Shown one piece after another: positions 60,359 to 64,000 of a stretch of 64,000 bases of DNA. The translations under genes were made by a program, and so were the position numbers. How positions within the stretch are numbered: position 1 is the stretch's first letter; each line of letters begins with the position of its first letter. Origin of the DNA: a virus. Taxonomy: Duplodnaviria; Caudoviricetes. Below the pieces are notes generated by a model. The model was not told the origin of the DNA and did no database searches. It was given only the letters and a program-made list of their open reading frames with translations. The DNA is taken from the IMG/VR virus record IMGVR_UViG_3300047402_000065, positions 7,196 to 71,195 of that record; one strand, written 5' to 3'.

Positions 60359-60639
60359 GCAGGGTTAACAGGATGAGTAAGCGTCAGCTCGATGATCAGG
60401 TGGAGCTCTCCAGGAGGGCTACGTTGGATACGTTTGTGCCGTTGAGTGGGGTGTATCTGTCATCGCCTCAGCCGGTGTATTTCACTACTCCGGATTGCGA
60501 GTGGGACAGCAGCAGGCTGCCACGTCCGGTGATCGGCAAGGGGGAGCTGTTTACGGTGTATGACTATGGTTTTTTTGACGGTGTGGCGCAAGCTACCCGG
60601 TCTAAGGATGTTATCAGGAAGGAGAGGTCGAGGCGATGA
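60355..60639 (+). CDS. hypothetical protein
   Basis: 94 aa, coupled. Confidence 0.45.
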   Translation: MSRVNRMSKRQLDDQVELSRRATLDTFVPLSGVYLSSPQPVYFTTPDCEWDSSRLPRPVIGKGELFTVYDYGFFDGVAQATRSKDVIRKERSRR

Positions 60640-61394
60640 GGGACGAGGGGTCGTATCATATCAACAAGCGTCGGCGTTCTCTGAAGGACGAGTTGGCTGA
60701 CATCCAGGATCCGTACATCCGTGAGATGGCTCGCAAGGCTCGTGCGGGGTATCGTTATGAGAAGCGCACGGGGGTGAGTAGGGCGGAGGCTGATCAGGCG
60801 GAGGTTTCCCGTGCCGGTCGGCGCATCAAGCATCACGAGCGGGATATGTTTCCTTCGGGTAGTGTTGGCATACCTGGTCATCGCCAGTATTGTATCAACG
60901 CCCGTGGTGATGTGCATCGCATTAGCGGGACGACAAGGGCTAACACCAAGCTGACCAAGACGCCTACGCATGTGCGCAAGGTGCGCAGGGTGGTAGGTGG
61001 AGAGAAGGGGTATGTGATGGTGCTTATGATCCGGCTGCTATCCCGCGACAAGGTGGTGGGGCACGACAGGCATGGGGAGGAGCTGATCGCCGATGAGCGC
61101 TTTGTCAAGTGGTACAGGTTGCACACCTTGGTCATGGATATGTTCGGTCCCGACAAGCCGGATGACGGCAGGGGGTATTATGTGGCTTTTAAGAATGGAG
61201 ATCGCCTGGACGTGCGTGTGAAGAACCTGTGCTGGAGGCCGGTGGCGGATGCTCACAAGGATTGGCGAAGCACGGAAGATTATAGCGGGGAGAGGTATTG
61301 GAGGAGAGGTCAGAAGATGAAGGCGGTGAGTGTGGAGAAGATGAAGGATGGGATGAAGAGGTCTCGGGATCGCAAGAGAGGGGGTGGTGCATGA
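60636..61394 (+). CDS. NUMOD4-HNH protein, probably nuclease-dead
   Basis: IPGHRQYCINARGDV (NUMOD4); LHTLV...VAFKNGDRLDVRVKNLCW lacks the HNH His and Asn. Confidence 0.65.
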   Translation: MRDEGSYHINKRRRSLKDELADIQDPYIREMARKARAGYRYEKRTGVSRAEADQAEVSRAGRRIKHHERDMFPSGSVGIPGHRQYCINARGDVHRISGTTRANTKLTKTPTHVRKVRRVVGGEKGYVMVLMIRLLSRDKVVGHDRHGEELIADERFVKWYRLHTLVMDMFGPDKPDDGRGYYVAFKNGDRLDVRVKNLCWRPVADAHKDWRSTEDYSGERYWRRGQKMKAVSVEKMKDGMKRSRDRKRGGGA

Positions 61395-62680
61395 GGTATT
61401 TCAGTGTCTGCAGCGGCATAGAAGCTGCGAGTGTGGCGTGGAAGGGTCTTGGGTGGGAGTGTGTGGGGCTGAGTGAGGTGGAGCCGTTCCCGTGTAAGGT
61501 GTTAAACCATCATTACCCGTCGGTGTATAACTATGGGGATATGACTAAACTATTATCTGATGAACGATTCTTACGAACAGATTTTGATGTTCTCGTTGGA
61601 GGAACTCCATGTCAGTCCTTCAGCATCGCCGGACTCCGAAGAGGACTGGATGATGAGCGTGGTAACCTCGCCCTTGAGTATTGCCGAATTTTGCGCGACA
61701 AGCAGCCACGATGGTTCGTTTGGGAAAACGTTCCGGGCGTACTGTCCAGTGGAGGCGGGAAAGACTTTAAGTCAATCCTCGAGGCGTTTGTTGAATGCGG
61801 GTATTCTGTGTGCTGGAGAATCCTTGACGCTAAATATTTCGGAGTCGCACAGCGACGCAGAAGAGTCTTTGTTGTCGGACATCTTGGAAAGGACTGGCGA
61901 CCACCTTACGCGGTACTGTTTGAGCGCGAAAGCCTGCGCGGGGATATTAAGAAGGGCGGAAAGAAGAGGCAAGGCTCTGCCCGAGGCGTTGAAGCAGGCG
62001 CTGGAGGCGGTAGTTGGTGGGATGGAGAGCAGGTATCGGGGACGCTGACAAAGAATAATGCTAATGGCGCACAGCGGATGCCGGACAAAGAAAACTTCGG
62101 AGCGGGGCTGAAGAACCGCTCCGAAGTTTCTGCGCAGGCCAGGCCTGCGCAGCTGGCGAGTACACTCAATGCGAGTTTCGGTGACAAGCAGGGGCTGGAA
62201 GATCAGCACGCGCTTAATGGGGCACCGTTGTTTGTGCCTATGGTCTACGAAAACCACCCGGCGGATTCGCGGATAACGGAGCATAACGATGTCTCGCCGA
62301 CTTTGTCGGCGAGGATGGGTACTGGTGGCGGTAATGTCCATCTTACGCTGCACGAGAAAGCGCTTCCCGCCACGGCTTTTAAGATCCGTGGCGGGAAGGA
62401 GGGTGGCGGCAAGGGGTATCTGGGCAGTGAGGATAGCGCTTTCACGATTTCTACGCATCAGGATCAGACGATAGCGTCATCGCCTCCGGTGATGATACGC
62501 AGATTGACTCCGGTGGAGTGTCTGAGGTTGCAGGGCTTCCCGGATGATTATCTCGACATACCCGGATGCTCGGCTGATGGTCCAAAATACAAGGCGATAG
62601 GCAACTCTATGGCGGTGCCGGTGATGCGGTGGATAGGCGAACGGATCGACAAGGTCAGCAGGATAATAGACCAGCTATGA
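61391..62680 (+). CDS. Dcm-type C5 cytosine DNA methyltransferase
   Basis: YFSVCSGIEAA, GGTPCQSFS, WENVPG, QRRRRVF, RRLTPVECLRLQGFP, YKAIGNSMAVP; start ATG 61391. Confidence 0.92.
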   Translation: MRYFSVCSGIEAASVAWKGLGWECVGLSEVEPFPCKVLNHHYPSVYNYGDMTKLLSDERFLRTDFDVLVGGTPCQSFSIAGLRRGLDDERGNLALEYCRILRDKQPRWFVWENVPGVLSSGGGKDFKSILEAFVECGYSVCWRILDAKYFGVAQRRRRVFVVGHLGKDWRPPYAVLFERESLRGDIKKGGKKRQGSARGVEAGAGGGSWWDGEQVSGTLTKNNANGAQRMPDKENFGAGLKNRSEVSAQARPAQLASTLNASFGDKQGLEDQHALNGAPLFVPMVYENHPADSRITEHNDVSPTLSARMGTGGGNVHLTLHEKALPATAFKIRGGKEGGGKGYLGSEDSAFTISTHQDQTIASSPPVMIRRLTPVECLRLQGFPDDYLDIPGCSADGPKYKAIGNSMAVPVMRWIGERIDKVSRIIDQL

Positions 62681-62782
62681 TCAACGAAAACCCGTCTGTC
62701 GGCCCAAGAATAGATGTAGATACATATAAAATAAACATAGCAATAGCTTGTATTAATACAAAACTATACCTATGTTTGTGTA

Positions 62783-63475
62783 ATGATAGATAAGAACATC
62801 AGTTATGAGGATCGCCTTGTCATTGACGGGGCCAAGCCGATACCCGGTCACCGCCAGTATGTGATCACCAGAGAGGGTAGCGTATACCGGACATGGGGAC
62901 GGATGCGTAAGCCGGGGCAGCCGCTCAGGCATCAGCTACGCAAGGTGACATCACTCAGCGGCAGGGTATCATATTATATGGCGGTGACACTGATCACCAA
63001 AGACCATCAGATGCCAGATGGCGAGATAGTGGACCTGCCTCATACAAGACCTCAGTTTGTGCATCGCCTGGTAGCCTTCGCATGGATAGGGATGCCCTCA
63101 AAAGAAAAGCCATGGGTAAACCACAAGGACGGTGACAAGATGAACAACAACGCCGACAACCTCGAGTGGTCGTCCATCAGCGAGAACATCAAGCACAAAT
63201 GGTCCATCCCCGGAAATGAACCGGTGCGCGGAGAGAAACACCACAGATTCGGCAAGAAACTCACCCAGGCGGTGAAAAACAAGATGTCCCTGGACAAGAT
63301 CGGCGAGAACCACCCTAAGTTCAAAGGATGGTACCAGAAAGACGGAGTAAAATATACAAGCGCCAGATCCGCCATAGCACTCACCGGTGACAGCCGCAAA
63401 ACAATCACAGCATCTAAAAATGGGTGGTCGTTCACACACCGAGGCGATGACCACATAAGACCAAAAGACGCATGA
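62783..63475 (+). mobile_element. NUMOD4-HNH-NUMOD3 homing endonuclease
   Basis: IPGHRQYVITREGSV; FVHRLVAFAW...VNHKDGDKMNNNADNLEW; GEKHHRFGKK and GENHPKFKG. Confidence 0.85.
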
Positions 63476-63693
63476 AAAAACAAATCAAAGTGACAGAAAT
63501 CACTGTAGAGGGATGCCGCTCATGCCCGATGCTCAGACTCTCTATGGAATACGATTGGTGTCAGGCAAAGAACATGGAGTCAAAGCCCGACTGGAGCCAC
63601 CTCGTAGATTGCGAAGAGATACGCATCAACGGCATAGACCCCGAATGCCCACTAATAGGCGGAGTAATCGTAATCAAGAAAGAATCGACATAA
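63472..63693 (+). CDS. small Cys-containing hypothetical protein
   Basis: 73 aa; CRSCP...C...C...CP. Confidence 0.5.
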   Translation: MKKQIKVTEITVEGCRSCPMLRLSMEYDWCQAKNMESKPDWSHLVDCEEIRINGIDPECPLIGGVIVIKKEST

Positions 63694-64000
63694 ACATACG
63701 CTCACGGCCCAGCCAGTACACGGCAGTAAGCGTCAGAAGAGATCAGAAGGTCGCCCTAAAGGCGGCCTTTTGCCGTTTTATCAATTTATGCAAAGAAACT
63801 TGTCTCCGACCAGTGAGCAAAGAGCACTTTAATCCTATTTATAAGGGTCAAATTTGCATATATTGACCGAAAATAGCCAAAAAGATCGTAGGTGTAGCGG
63901 GGGGAGTATAGGTACCTGTACCCCCTGCCCCCTCCCGAAAAGGGAAACGCAAACGGGCGCGAAGAGGGGCGGGGCGGATAAGGAATCCATTAATCGGTGG

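Noticed and set aside
1-64000. Stop-codon reassignment as in some crAss-like phages
   Set aside because: Long genes are intact under the standard code with tight coupling; no suppressor tRNA was seen.
1-64000. Integrase, reverse transcriptase/DGR, Cas genes, tRNAs
   Set aside because: No tyrosine/serine recombinase, YxDD reverse transcriptase, template/variable repeat pair, cas operon or cloverleaf was recognised by eye; the Cas4-like gene is a stand-alone phage nuclease type.

Overview
The window is most or all of a tailed dsDNA phage genome; no terminal repeat is visible, so completeness is unproven. The host is probably Bacteroidota, judged from TAnnTTTG promoters in intergenic gaps, A-rich starts without Shine-Dalgarno sites, a BT4734/VirE-type primase and a DUF5675 endolysin. 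Layout: (i) a + strand replication/recombination arm (1-13.2 kb) with Cas4-like nuclease, SMC-like ATPase, SNF2 helicase, beta clamp, primase-helicase, RusA-like resolvase and SSB; (ii) a - strand crAss-like morphogenesis operon (13.3-48 kb) with terminase, portal, scaffold, major capsid, three ring/adaptor proteins, muzzle, three ejection proteins including a 3181-aa giant, and Cys-rich fibre genes; (iii) a + strand accessory arm (48-64 kb) with glycosyltransferases, collagen-like fibres, a 2OG-Fe(II) oxygenase (the one - strand gene in this arm), lysis genes, a DnaA domain-IV protein, HNH genes and a Dcm-type methylase. I recognised no DNA polymerase, RNA polymerase, integrase, tRNA or CRISPR array. 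The most striking unexplained structure is an AT-rich block (8.54-11.0 kb) of single-gene cassettes separated by attC-like TAAC...GTTA hairpins. Two of the three cassettes have mutually complementary ends, as in integron cassettes, yet no integrase is present. Other candidates are a collagen-fibre glycosylation/hydroxylation locus, a hairpin-dense ~400-nt intergenic RNA candidate and a secreted thaumatin-like protein. All family assignments are by-eye motif recognition, and GC/skew statements are visual impressions, not computed values.
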